Source: an uncultured Gammaproteobacteria bacterium
GTDB taxonomy: Bacteria > Pseudomonadota > Gammaproteobacteria > SZUA-229
NCBI GenBank assembly: GCA_963803185.1
Contig: CAWDMF010000006.1
Span: 22,779-86,778 of the forward strand
Length of the DNA stretch: 64,000 nt
Direction of reading: 5' to 3'
Positions 42,569 to 52,539 of this stretch are shown piece by piece; the stretch's first letter is position 1, and each line of letters begins with the position of its first letter. A model generated the notes under the pieces. The model had not been told where the DNA came from. It was given only the letters and a program-made list of their open reading frames with translations, and did no database searches. Made by a program: the position numbers and the translations under genes.

Positions 42569-45500
42569 TTATGCTCCTACACCGGCCATTGTTGCCGCTT
42601 CCGCCACATCTACAGAGACCAGGCGAGAAACACCAGATTCACGCATGGTGACGCCACTTAAGTGTTCTGAAATTTCCATGGTGGTTTTGTTATGTGTAAT
42701 AAAAATAAACTGTACGCGTGCCGACATTTCTTTAACTAGCTGGCAAAAACGGCCAACATTGGCCTCATCTAATGGCGCATCTACTTCATCAAGCATACAG
42801 AAAGGTGCAGGATTCAATTCAAAGATGGCGAATACCAATGCGACTGCTGTTAATGCTTTTTCTCCACCTGACATCAGATGAATATTTGAAATACGTTTAC
42901 CAGGTGGCCTTGCCATAATAGAGACACCTGTATTCAAAAGATCATCACCCGTCATTTCAAGAAAGGCGGTGCCACCACCAAATAAACGCGGGAACATGTC
43001 TTTTATACGTGAATTTACATGATCAAAGGTTTCTTTAAATCGGGTACGCGTTTCTTTATCAATTTTTGCAATCGCCTGCTCTAATATTTCCAATGCAGCG
43101 GTTACGTCTTTATCCTGACCATCCAGGTACTCTTTACGCTGTAATTGTTCTTTATACTCTTCAATGGCAGCAAGGTTGATGGGACCAAGACGTGATATTT
43201 TTATTGCCACCTCAGACAGCTTTGTTTCCCACCGTTTACTGCTTAGCTGTTGGCCTTCAGATTCCTGCTGTTGCAACTTCTCAAGTGTGTTATCTAATTC
43301 AAAACCGGTTTCCGCTAACTGTTCCAACGTGGTTTTACTACGGACACGTGTTTCCTGACTATCGAGACGGCATTTTTCCAGTTGAGCACGCACATTTTGT
43401 GAATCCTGTTCAAATTCACTGCGTTGCTGTTCCAGTGTTCTAAGTGTATGCGTAATAGTTTCGACTTTACGCCGCGCTTCAGTTAGTGCTTCTTCTGATA
43501 GCAAACGTTGCTCTAATAAAGCTTTGAGCTCGTGTTCTAACTGTTCGCCTGGCTGCGCTGACTGTGACAGTAAAGATTCAAGTTCCTGTTTGCGCTGCAA
43601 CTGCACAGTTTGCGCCTGTTCCATGCGTGAAATATTATGTTGCAGACCGCTTAAACGTGTTTTCAAACCTTCAACCCGAATCGCCAGCTGATGAGCCTGA
43701 TCACGCTGTTGTTGCAAGTTTGTTTGATGTTGTTGCAGCTGTTGCTGTAACTCATCACGCTGTTCCTGCAAAACTTTTCGATCTGCTTCCATGGTTTCAG
43801 CATTTTCCAGTGCTGCATTACGATGTTGCGTCGCTGTTGCTATGTCAGCCTCAATACTGCTAATTAAGTTTTGTGTTTCTTCGAGCTCGGCATCAAGATC
43901 TTTGCCACGGCTGGTAATATGCTCATGACGGGATTCACGTGCGGTAATTTGTGCCTTTATTTCATTTAAACGTGAATGAATTGTATTTAACAAAACCTGT
44001 ATTTCTTCACGTTGCTGCTCGTTGCTTTGCAGTGTGTCTCGTAAGCTGATCAATTCAGCACCTACTTTTTCTGCTATAAGCTCATCTTCGGTTAATTCCT
44101 GTTGTAACTCACGAATACTGTTCTCACGTGCCAAAACACCTGTATTGGTATCCGTTTCATGACTAATCCGTATCCAGTTGGCACCTAACCAGATGCCATC
44201 TTTGGTAATAATGCTTTCACCATCCGACAGTGTATGTCGCAATGTTAATGCTTGATCAAGATTTTCAGTACAACGAATGCCATGTAGAAACGGACTTAAT
44301 TCAACTGATGATGAAACTTTAGCCAGTAAAAACTCTACCGAAGCCGTGGCTATGGCATTGACAGCAGTACCTGACTGTCCGATTTCAATCAGCGATAGAT
44401 TGCTATTTTCCAGTGAATCAAATGCAGATGAAAATTGTTCGATACTGTCAACACAAACGGCTTCTAAGGTATTACCAAGCACTGTTTCAACAGCAAGCTC
44501 CCAACCATCGCTGACATCCAGCTGTTGAGCTAAACGTGCATTATTATTAATGCCACTTTTTTCCAGCCATTGCTGAGCTGCTTTATCTGTTTTACCTAAA
44601 GCCGCTTCCTGCAACGCTTCTATCGAAGACAGACTGCCCTGCTTTTGATGAATGCTGCGGCGAACATCTGCTGAGCGTTGCTCTACGGCAACAATTTGTT
44701 CGCGTGTTTGTCTTATCGTGCTTATGGCTTCGGATAACTGTTGTTCGTTTTCCTCTTTTTCGCTGCCTGATTTTGCTAACAGGGTAGTTAAATCGGCGAT
44801 TTGCTCTTCCAGGTTTTCACCGCGTAAAGCCTGCTTTTCGATATCGATTTTTTGCAGGCGTTGTTTTAATTGTTCTAGCTGGCGTTCCAGCTGCTCCATA
44901 CGAGAACGCTCAAGCTGTGCTTTCTGACTTTCTGCAGAATAACGCTGATTGATTTCATCCCATGTTTGTTGCCAGTTTTGTTTTGCCTGCTCGGCCTGCT
45001 GAAACTGCTCAGCACTTTCCAGTTCCTGAGCTTTTAATGTTTCCAGCTTTGGCTCATCCATAAGTAGACTTTGTTGTAAATCTTCAACTTCCTGCCTGTC
45101 TGACAAAATTGCCTGGCTTGCATCAGTCAGCGCGCTTTGGATTTGCTCCAGATCTGTTTGCTGACGTTGCAGTAAATCCTGTTGATGTTTGATATTTTGT
45201 TCTTTGGCAGAGATCTCGGCACCCAGGCGATAATATTCGGCCTGTGCCTGATTAAGAATTTCATTTGATTCTTCACTTTGCTGGCGCTGAAACTCAATTT
45301 TTGATTCGCTGGAGCGCTGCTCTGCAATCACCTGCTGCAGTGATGTCTCGGTACGCTGAATCTCTTTATCACGAGTGTCCAGTTCTGTTTTCAATTCAGA
45401 CCAGTGTAATGTTAAATGTTCAGCCTTCAGCTCGCGCTCCTGCTGTTTTAATTCTTTATAACGTTCAGCACCGCGACTCTGGCGCTGCAATCTAGCCAGC

Positions 45501-46111
45501 TGTTTATCAATTTCTTCACGTAAATCAGATAAACGTTCAAGATTCTCACGGGTATGCCGGATACGCGTTTCTGTTTCGCGTCGACGTTCTTTATATTTTG
45601 AAATGCCAGCGGCTTCTTCAAGGAAATTACGCAACTCTTCAGGTTTGGCTTCAATTAAACGCGATATCATGCCCTGCTCGATAATGGCATAACTTCGTGG
45701 CCCTAAACCGGTTCCCAGGAAAAGGTCAGCAACATCACGTTTGCGGCAACGTGTACCATTCAAACTGTATTTTGAGATGCCATCACGTGTTACCTGGCGT
45801 TTAACAGAAATTTCAGCATAATTCGCATATTGCCCGCCTAACTTACCTTCACTGTTATCAAATAACAGCTCTACTGCCGCCATGTCTATCGGTTTTCTTG
45901 CGGTCGAACCATTAAAGATAACATCATCCATCGATGCACCACGAAGATGCTTGGCCGAAGACTCCCCCATTACCCAGCGCACCGCATCAATGGTATTGGA
46001 TTTCCCACAGCCGTTAGGGCCGACAATGCCGGTTAGATTACTGGGGAAATTGATTGTGGTTGGATCTACAAAAGACTTAAAACCAGCGAGCTTAATCTTG
46101 CTTAAACGCAT
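42569..46111 (-). CDS. smc: Chromosome segregation protein SMC
   Basis: 1180 aa. N-terminal Walker A GPNGCGKSN, long coiled coils, a hinge, and C-terminal signature LSGGEKALTAVALVFAIF with Walker B CMLDEVDAPLD. Confidence 0.93.
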   Translation of the reverse strand: MRLSKIKLAGFKSFVDPTTINFPSNLTGIVGPNGCGKSNTIDAVRWVMGESSAKHLRGASMDDVIFNGSTARKPIDMAAVELLFDNSEGKLGGQYANYAEISVKRQVTRDGISKYSLNGTRCRKRDVADLFLGTGLGPRSYAIIEQGMISRLIEAKPEELRNFLEEAAGISKYKERRRETETRIRHTRENLERLSDLREEIDKQLARLQRQSRGAERYKELKQQERELKAEHLTLHWSELKTELDTRDKEIQRTETSLQQVIAEQRSSESKIEFQRQQSEESNEILNQAQAEYYRLGAEISAKEQNIKHQQDLLQRQQTDLEQIQSALTDASQAILSDRQEVEDLQQSLLMDEPKLETLKAQELESAEQFQQAEQAKQNWQQTWDEINQRYSAESQKAQLERSRMEQLERQLEQLKQRLQKIDIEKQALRGENLEEQIADLTTLLAKSGSEKEENEQQLSEAISTIRQTREQIVAVEQRSADVRRSIHQKQGSLSSIEALQEAALGKTDKAAQQWLEKSGINNNARLAQQLDVSDGWELAVETVLGNTLEAVCVDSIEQFSSAFDSLENSNLSLIEIGQSGTAVNAIATASVEFLLAKVSSSVELSPFLHGIRCTENLDQALTLRHTLSDGESIITKDGIWLGANWIRISHETDTNTGVLARENSIRELQQELTEDELIAEKVGAELISLRDTLQSNEQQREEIQVLLNTIHSRLNEIKAQITARESRHEHITSRGKDLDAELEETQNLISSIEADIATATQHRNAALENAETMEADRKVLQEQRDELQQQLQQHQTNLQQQRDQAHQLAIRVEGLKTRLSGLQHNISRMEQAQTVQLQRKQELESLLSQSAQPGEQLEHELKALLEQRLLSEEALTEARRKVETITHTLRTLEQQRSEFEQDSQNVRAQLEKCRLDSQETRVRSKTTLEQLAETGFELDNTLEKLQQQESEGQQLSSKRWETKLSEVAIKISRLGPINLAAIEEYKEQLQRKEYLDGQDKDVTAALEILEQAIAKIDKETRTRFKETFDHVNSRIKDMFPRLFGGGTAFLEMTGDDLLNTGVSIMARPPGKRISNIHLMSGGEKALTAVALVFAIFELNPAPFCMLDEVDAPLDEANVGRFCQLVKEMSARVQFIFITHNKTTMEISEHLSGVTMRESGVSRLVSVDVAEAATMAGVGA

Positions 46112-46570
46112 CTTTTACTTATTTGAGTTGGAGTTTTTATGGTTGTATATAGTGTCTATAACATATAAGTGGCGTAGTTTACATGACTGGCAATGCTTTT
46201 TAAGAGCGAATTGAGCATCTTTTACAGTTATATTTCACTGCATTTGTTTCTGCTTGAACCAGGCGTTGTAAGCTGCTGAATTTATTACAACCGCAACATT
46301 AATTAACCATAATATTAGTTATCAATAATATAATATTTTTAATGTTTTTCTGTATAATGCCGGTTTACTTTGCAATCAGGGTAACAGTTATCAGTTCCAA
46401 TTATCTCAGAACTGATAAAATAAATCGCTTTTTTCCAGAAAATAACAACAATAGACACCTTTAACTGCTGTTTTCATGGAAGATATAAATATAAGTCCAT
46501 TACCCTATCTTAATTAACATTATTATTTAACGTAACCAGCTAACCACTGGCGCTTCTATAGAGATCAACC

Positions 46571-46960
46571 ATGCCAACCAAACCATCAAAAGAACTGGAA
46601 ACGTTTGACAATCCAGCACCTGAGCGTGACTACACCATTCGTATTCGCCTGCCAGAATTTACCTGTTTATGCCCTAAAACCGGGCAACCTGACTTTGCCA
46701 CACTGGACCTGGAATACGTACCGGAAAAAAGCTGCATAGAACTGAAATCACTGAAAATGTACATCTGGTCTTTTCGTGATGAAGGCGCTTTTCATGAAGC
46801 CGTCACCAATGAGATACTGTCAGACCTGGTCAAGGCCTGTGAGCCACGGTTTATGCGCCTGACCGCAGAATTTAATGTTCGCGGCGGTGTTTATACAACC
46901 GTAGTGGCTGAACATAAAGATGCTAGCTGGTCTGCACCCGCTGTTGTTTCACTTCCTTAA
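46571..46960 (+). CDS. queF: NADPH-dependent 7-cyano-7-deazaguanine reductase (unimodular QueF)
   Basis: [15 protein letters not shown] (catalytic Cys) and the E(S/L)K(S)hK motif region. 129 aa. Confidence 0.85.
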   Translation: MPTKPSKELETFDNPAPERDYTIRIRLPEFTCLCPKTGQPDFATLDLEYVPEKSCIELKSLKMYIWSFRDEGAFHEAVTNEILSDLVKACEPRFMRLTAEFNVRGGVYTTVVAEHKDASWSAPAVVSLP

Positions 46961-46962
46961 CA

Positions 46963-48279
46963 GTGATGTCTTCAGCAGTCTTTCTCGGTATTGATATCGG
47001 TACTTCAGGTATTCGAGCAAGCTGCATTAATGTTGAAAAGCAGGAACTTATCAGCCATCACATCGCTTTTAACAGCCAGCTACCAGTTAATGGTAAAAAT
47101 GAACAAAACCCAGATGACTGGTTACTACAGCTCAATAAACTGCTGTTTGAGATAAGCAGACAATTAAAAAAACTCGACAGTCATTACTGTATCAACGCCA
47201 TTTCAATTGACGGTACATCAGGTACACTCATTGCCTGCAAAAAAGACGGCACTGCCCTTTCACCGGCGTTAATGTATAACGACCAGCAAAGCGTGCAACA
47301 GGCTGAAATAATTAGTCGCTTTGCAGCAGCGGAAAGTGCAGTACATGGTGCCACCTCTTCTCTGGCAAAAGCACTTTTTTTAATGCAGAAATACCCGGAA
47401 ACAGAAATCTTCTGCCATCAGGCTGACTGGTTATCAGCATCACTTACAGGAAAATACGGTATCAGTGACGAGAACAACTGTTTAAAACTGGGTTACGATA
47501 GTATCACACAGCAGTGGCCGGCATGGTTGCAAGATAACAAGGAAGGGATAACTGTTGCCAGAGAATTATTGCCAAAAGTTGTAGCACCCGGTTCAATTAT
47601 CGCTAATGTGAAATCAGTATATGTTGAACAGTATCAACTAAGTGAAGACTGTGTTGTGGTAGCAGGCACCACAGACAGTAATGCTGCCGTTCTGGCAACA
47701 GGTGCCAGTCAGCCTGGTGACGCCGTCACCTCACTTGGCAGTACACTGGTGATTAAGCTTTTTTCAGATAAACCCATTTTTGAACCTGGCTACGGAATCT
47801 ATAGTCATCGCCTGAATAATCACTGGTTAGTAGGCGGCGCCTCAAATTCAGGCGGCTGTGTTTTATTACAGCATTTCACACCAGTACAGCTTGATGAAAT
47901 GACACCGCTGCTCAAGCCAGAACATTGTGTTGGACTGGATTATTATCCACTACCTTGCACTGGTGAGCGCTTCCCGGTGAATGACATCAACAAACAAAGT
48001 AAAATAACCCCCCGGCCTTCATCAGATGTGGATTTTTTTCAGGCACTACTGGAAGGCATCGGCAGTATTGAAGCTGAAGGTTATAAAAAACTAAAAGCGC
48101 TCGGCGCAACACCGCCACAACGCATCTTTACCGCAGGCGGCGGCAATAAAAACCCGGCATGGAAACAAATACGTGAACGAATCACAGGCATAGATGTCTT
48201 AGATGCCGCTCATAGCGAAGCCTGTTATGGTAGCGCTCTACTGGCCAGGAAAGGATATAGGGATAGTTTTAAGTTGTAA
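46963..48279 (+). CDS. FGGY-family carbohydrate kinase-like protein (short form)
   Basis: GIDIGTSGIRAS at the N-terminus and FTAGGGNKNPAWKQIRERITG in the C-terminal half resemble FGGY kinase phosphate-binding motifs. Substrate unknown. The ORF begins 3 nt after the queF stop. Confidence 0.5.
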   Translation: MMSSAVFLGIDIGTSGIRASCINVEKQELISHHIAFNSQLPVNGKNEQNPDDWLLQLNKLLFEISRQLKKLDSHYCINAISIDGTSGTLIACKKDGTALSPALMYNDQQSVQQAEIISRFAAAESAVHGATSSLAKALFLMQKYPETEIFCHQADWLSASLTGKYGISDENNCLKLGYDSITQQWPAWLQDNKEGITVARELLPKVVAPGSIIANVKSVYVEQYQLSEDCVVVAGTTDSNAAVLATGASQPGDAVTSLGSTLVIKLFSDKPIFEPGYGIYSHRLNNHWLVGGASNSGGCVLLQHFTPVQLDEMTPLLKPEHCVGLDYYPLPCTGERFPVNDINKQSKITPRPSSDVDFFQALLEGIGSIEAEGYKKLKALGATPPQRIFTAGGGNKNPAWKQIRERITGIDVLDAAHSEACYGSALLARKGYRDSFKL

Positions 48280-48307
48280 GTTGTAAGTTAAAAGTAAACC
48301 CGAGAAA

Positions 48308-48412
48308 CGTAGAACGTAGAACGTGGGAAGTAGAACTTGGAACTTAAAACTTAAAACTTAAAACTTAAAACTTAAAACTTAAAACTTAAAACTTAAAACT
48401 TAAGACACTATT
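48308..48412. repeat. Heptanucleotide tandem repeat tract (8 perfect CTTAAAA units plus about 6 degenerate units) immediately upstream of cysZ
   Basis: Perfect units start at 48343, 48350, 48357, 48364, 48371, 48378, 48385 and 48392. The flanking degenerate units are acgtaga, acgtggg, aagtaga and acttgga. The tract ends 14 nt before the cysZ ATG. Confidence 0.85.
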
Positions 48413-48418
48413 TCAAAC

Positions 48419-49147
48419 ATGATTTCATTTACCAAAGGTTTTTTCGATTGTTTCAGCGGTTTCGCTTTGTTATTTAAACCAGGCATCAAACGTTTTCTGC
48501 TAATCCCCCTCATCATCAACATCGGCCTGTTTTCACTGGCAACAAAATTATTAAGTGACCAGCTGGACATCTGGTTGGAGAAACTATTACCCAGCTGGTT
48601 AAACTGGCTGGAATGGTTGATATGGCCATTGTTTGCAATCGCCATGTTTCTTATCGTGTTCTACACCTTCACGGTAATCGCCAACCTGATCGCTGCACCT
48701 TTTAACAGCTTACTGTCGGCAAAAATTGAAGCGATGCTTACCGGTGAAAAACCGGAAGACATTAATTCAGATAGTTTTATTAGACTAATGACACGAACAA
48801 TAAAATCAGAGATCCAAAAAATTCTGTACGCTATAAAATGGTTCATACCGCTTATCATTATCACCATTATTCCTGCAGTTAATATTGTTGCACCCTTCCT
48901 ATGGATTTTATTTGCCGTCTGGTTTTTTGCACTGGAATACAACGACTACCCGCTGGCAAATCGTGGTCAGTTTTTTGAACAGGTTAAATCCTACAATAGA
49001 AAGAATCGGATGCGCTCACTGGGACTGGGCAGCGCTGTTTTCATTTTAACCAGCATTCCCATTGTTAATTTTTTCGCTATGCCTGTAGCAGTAGCAGGTG
49101 CCACAAAACTAACAACGAAAGTCAATGACAGTTCTGGAACGAAATAA
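48419..49147 (+). CDS. cysZ: Sulfate transporter CysZ
   Basis: 242 aa, multi-TM. GIKRFLLIPLIINIGLF...LIAAPFNSLLSAKIEA... matches CysZ/EI24. Confidence 0.8.
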   Translation: MISFTKGFFDCFSGFALLFKPGIKRFLLIPLIINIGLFSLATKLLSDQLDIWLEKLLPSWLNWLEWLIWPLFAIAMFLIVFYTFTVIANLIAAPFNSLLSAKIEAMLTGEKPEDINSDSFIRLMTRTIKSEIQKILYAIKWFIPLIIITIIPAVNIVAPFLWILFAVWFFALEYNDYPLANRGQFFEQVKSYNRKNRMRSLGLGSAVFILTSIPIVNFFAMPVAVAGATKLTTKVNDSSGTK

Positions 49148-49150
49148 AAA

Positions 49151-49354
49151 ATGGAAAACCGGCTCACGGAATTAGAAATTCGCTTAACGCATCTGGAAGA
49201 CACCATAGAGGTGTTAAATAAAACCATCATCAAACAACATGGTGAAATTGATTTACTGCAATTACAGGTTTCACAGCTTGAGAAGAAAATAAAAGCATCA
49301 CAATCATCACCAGTCGCACATGAAAGCGAAGAAACACCACCGCCGCATTATTAA
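49151..49354 (+). CDS. slyX: SlyX family protein
   Basis: MENRLTELEIRLTHLEDTIEVLNKTIIKQHGEIDLLQLQ. Confidence 0.9.
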   Translation: MENRLTELEIRLTHLEDTIEVLNKTIIKQHGEIDLLQLQVSQLEKKIKASQSSPVAHESEETPPPHY

Positions 49355-49412
49355 CAATATAATGCCTGTAATCGACCAGGAACACGCAGATAAAGAAAAG
49401 AAAAATATTTTT

Positions 49413-49572
49413 TCCGCAAATAAACGCAAATAAACGCATATTCAAAACCATGTAATACAGGAATGTCATCTCGACCAACGGGAGAGATCTTGAGCCGTCG
49501 CTGCATAAGATCTCTCCCGTTGGTCGAGATGACAACAAATAATTCATTCTTATTTGTGTTTATTCGCGTTTG
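49413..49572. repeat. Degenerate family-1-like element enclosing a 27-bp perfect inverted repeat
   Basis: Arms GCAAATAAACGCAAATAAACGCA / TGTGTTTATTCGCGTTTG. The centre GTCATCTCGACCAACGGGAGAGATCTT (49464-49490) pairs perfectly with AAGATCTCTCCCGTTGGTCGAGATGAC (49508-49534). Confidence 0.75.
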
Positions 49573-49755
49573 AATTAAAAAGCCTTTTACTGCAGGTTCA
49601 GGATGTAAGCAGAGCTTTCAGTTTTGTTAGACGTTTCACAAAAAATAGTTATTATCAATTAAGGTTATTGATAGATGCCCCCGATTCATGCCTCTAACCG
49701 TTAACGGGTCAGCGTTGGCAAGTTATGCAAAGCTGACGATTATACGTCTGACATC

Positions 49756-50727
49756 TTAGAAAACTGCCAGTAACTCCAAACGTGCTGTGGTGCCATCACC
49801 CTCACCAATATCCGGTATTTCTGCACCTGTGTCAGGTTGATTATTGTCATCATTAAAACGGATTTCAGCATTGAAAAATAGATTCTTCGAAATACTGTAA
49901 AGCCCGGCAATGGTCAGAGAAGAAGTGTCATCAACCAAAAAATTGCTCTCATAGTTCACCAGATCATAACGAGCTGTGGCAGAAAATTTATCATTAAACT
50001 GAAAGTTGGTCATTAGCATAAGTCCGTTATCAACCAGCTTGTCTGCAACCAGTAATTCACCTGCAAACAGCCATTTTTTCATTTTGTAACTGGCAAAAAT
50101 GTCGAAAATAGTTTCCAGATTTTGATCCTGGGTTATTAGTCCAAGCGTGATATCCAGGTCTTTTGCGGGCTTGATTTCGGCGGCAAGTTCCACGGAATTC
50201 TTATCCGGCGTATTATTCAAATCATTCAAGTAACCGATAATCAGGTTCACTTTGTCAAATTGATAATTGAATTCCAGACCTTGCAGGTTGTTACCATCTT
50301 CAGCAGTTGATGAACTCCAGATATCCCACAGCTGTCCATGGGTGATTTGATACATATCTGGTGAGTCTTCACGTTCAAAAGTTAGTTTGTTGTTAAACAC
50401 ACCGCCCATTAGCGACATCTTAGGATCGATATCCCATTTCAAAAAGATTTGTTCCAGACGGGCAGAATCACCATTTCCAGTAGACGGGTTTACATCAGCA
50501 TCAAACCGTATGGTGATACCTTCTTTAAGTTTACTTTCTACATCGAGCTCACCCGAGGTAATAAATTGACCCTCCTCACCGTGCTTGCCCACATCAGTAC
50601 CATCGGAGAGTGTCCATACAAAATCCACAAAACCGGATGGTGTAATATCGATCTCCAGCGCAACGGCCGGTGCAGCGATGATGAGCGAACTTAGCACCAG
50701 TGAGCTTGCTAGCAGTATTTTTTTCAT
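49756..50727 (-). CDS. Outer-membrane beta-barrel protein (porin-like)
   Basis: Signal peptide, alternating amphipathic strands and a C-terminal ...LLAVF. Confidence 0.55.
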   Translation of the reverse strand: MKKILLASSLVLSSLIIAAPAVALEIDITPSGFVDFVWTLSDGTDVGKHGEEGQFITSGELDVESKLKEGITIRFDADVNPSTGNGDSARLEQIFLKWDIDPKMSLMGGVFNNKLTFEREDSPDMYQITHGQLWDIWSSSTAEDGNNLQGLEFNYQFDKVNLIIGYLNDLNNTPDKNSVELAAEIKPAKDLDITLGLITQDQNLETIFDIFASYKMKKWLFAGELLVADKLVDNGLMLMTNFQFNDKFSATARYDLVNYESNFLVDDTSSLTIAGLYSISKNLFFNAEIRFNDDNNQPDTGAEIPDIGEGDGTTARLELLAVF

Positions 50728-51034
50728 TCTGTTTTTCCTCTTGTTCTTCGTCTTAGCAGAAGTCGACCGTCAAATTTTCTTAGGGAACCTCTGATTAATG
50801 CCGCTTAGTTAAGGAAAGTATGATAATCCTCTACCGTCATTCCCGCATGTTTGTGGCGGGAATCTACAGCTTTTCAGGCTGGATTATGAAATACATCCAT
50901 GTATTTCATCCTGCGGACCAGCCATAGGCTGTTCAAACTGCTCCAGGCAGATTTAGTCCGGCTAAAAACATACCGGAATGACGAAAAGACAATGAAGTTC
51001 GTCTTAAGTAAGCGCCATTCGTTCCTTAGATGTT

Positions 51035-51433
51035 TTATAAAGCACCGCGGCGCCTGTCATTTTCCAGCTCATCAGCAGGCAAAATGCGCTCCTGGCTTAC
51101 ACGCCATTGACCGTCATCTTCTTTTTGAATAATAAACTCGATACCACTTGTATTAACGCTGCCGTCACTACCTTCAACCGTTTCAAGTGATTTAAACATG
51201 ACACGATCACTTGTTTGAGCAAGTATATTTAAACCCTGATAACTTACTTTTTTAAGCAGCTTATTTTCGAACTCATACTTACACTGGTTAAACCAGTCAT
51301 CATAAGTAATCACTTCAAAATCAGGTACACCATAAACACTTACCTCTTTTGAAATAAGATTCATGTGTGCATCTAAATCAAGCTTGTTAGCTGTTTCTGC
51401 CATTACGGCTAAAAATTCTAGTGGATTCATAAT
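51035..51433 (-). CDS. NTF2-like (SnoaL/DUF4440-like) small protein
   Basis: Likely start at MNPLEFLAVMAETANKLDLDAHMNLIS.... The longer track ORF runs into the repeat element. Confidence 0.4.
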   Translation of the reverse strand: MMNPLEFLAVMAETANKLDLDAHMNLISKEVSVYGVPDFEVITYDDWFNQCKYEFENKLLKKVSYQGLNILAQTSDRVMFKSLETVEGSDGSVNTSGIEFIIQKEDDGQWRVSQERILPADELENDRRRGAL

Positions 51434-51482
51434 TTTGTAATCAATGTACTTAATGACACATCCTATATTTAAAAAAAACAAT

Positions 51483-51677
51483 TTGTCCACGGATGGACGC
51501 AAATGAACACGGATAAAAGCTCTTATCAAATAGTTTGTCATCTTGAGTGATAACGAAAGATCTTGAGTTTAGTGTATAAATGCTATATTGATCAATGATC
51601 TTTCGCTATCGCTCAGGACAACAAGCTATTACAAGAGTTTTTTTATTAGCGTTCATTTGCGTCCATCTGTGGACTCA
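51483..51677. repeat. Family-1 palindromic element copy (variant arms TGTCCACGGATGGACGCAAATGAACACGGAT / GCGTTCATTTGCGTCCATCTGTGGAC)
   Basis: The central region contains an imperfect inverted repeat TGTCATCTTGAGTGATAACGAAAGATC / GATCTTTCGCTATCGCTCAGGACAACA. Confidence 0.75.
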
Positions 51678-51684
51678 ATATTTT

Positions 51685-52539
51685 TTATGATTGTTGATCG
51701 ATTAGTTTTTGTCGATACTCTATAACGTCCGGGTTATCTTTACCCAGCATAATAAATAGACCACGCAGGCATAAACTGGCAATACCGTCACGCCATGAAT
51801 AATCCAGTTTAATAATTTTTAATAAAATAGTCATTGCTTCAGAAAAATTGCTTTGCAGCATCTTGTGACTGCATAGCTGAAACAACATTGGCAAGTCATC
51901 AGGTTTGTCTTTTAACTGTTTTTCAAGATCTTCCAATTCCGCTGCCTTCTGTGCGGTTGATAAAAAAAGTGCATTCGTCATTAACACCACCGCTTCTTCA
52001 CTTTCATTTTTTAACGGTGTTTTTTCAAGCAAGGCATAGGCCTGCTCATAGGCTTCTTCTTTAATCAGCAGTTTTGCAAAAACAAGCTGAATACGTGAAT
52101 TTTCAGGATCAATAAACACCAGTTTGTTTAACTGTTCAAAGGCCGCTTCTTTATTGCCATTTTGATATTCAGCCACTGCGGCAGCTAAATCTTTATCTGA
52201 TTCCCGCGCAAGATATTTATCCAGCATTTTCTTAAAGCTATCGGGTGAATCGAAACCGTGTATCTGGTCAACTACTTCACCATTGATATACAATTTCACT
52301 GTAGGCACACTGTTGATACCATAGTCATGCGCCAGCTGTTTCTCTTTATTAGTGTCAACGTTCACCAATAAAAACTGGCCGTTATAATCGTTCGCCAGTT
52401 TTTCCAGTACCGGCCACAGGCGTAAACACGGCCCGGCATTATCCGCCCAGTAATTAACCATCACCGGACCTTTATGCGAATTACTCAGTACTACCTCGTT
52501 AAACTTTTCACCCGTTACATCAAGTATATAGCTACTCAT
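51685..52539 (-). CDS. Thioredoxin-domain plus TPR co-chaperone (YbbN/CnoX-like)
   Basis: 284 aa. An N-terminal Trx fold with a degenerate active site WADNAGPC and a C-terminal TPR-like helical domain. Same length and architecture as E. coli YbbN. Confidence 0.7.
   Translation of the reverse strand: MSSYILDVTGEKFNEVVLSNSHKGPVMVNYWADNAGPCLRLWPVLEKLANDYNGQFLLVNVDTNKEKQLAHDYGINSVPTVKLYINGEVVDQIHGFDSPDSFKKMLDKYLARESDKDLAAAVAEYQNGNKEAAFEQLNKLVFIDPENSRIQLVFAKLLIKEEAYEQAYALLEKTPLKNESEEAVVLMTNALFLSTAQKAAELEDLEKQLKDKPDDLPMLFQLCSHKMLQSNFSEAMTILLKIIKLDYSWRDGIASLCLRGLFIMLGKDNPDVIEYRQKLIDQQS

Noticed and set aside
46112-46570. Possible preQ1 riboswitch upstream of queF
   Set aside because: I could not find the conserved preQ1-I/II sequence features (the A-rich tail following a short C-rich hairpin) in the 460-bp AT-rich intergenic region. 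preQ1 riboswitches usually precede queC/queT-type genes rather than queF.
51035-51541. Longer 168-aa form of the NTF2-like ORF and 301-aa form of fetB
   Set aside because: In both, the N-terminal extension runs into a palindromic repeat element (51483-51677; 57145-57233). Internal Met codons give proteins matching family lengths (about 133 and about 244 aa), so the extensions are probably not translated.
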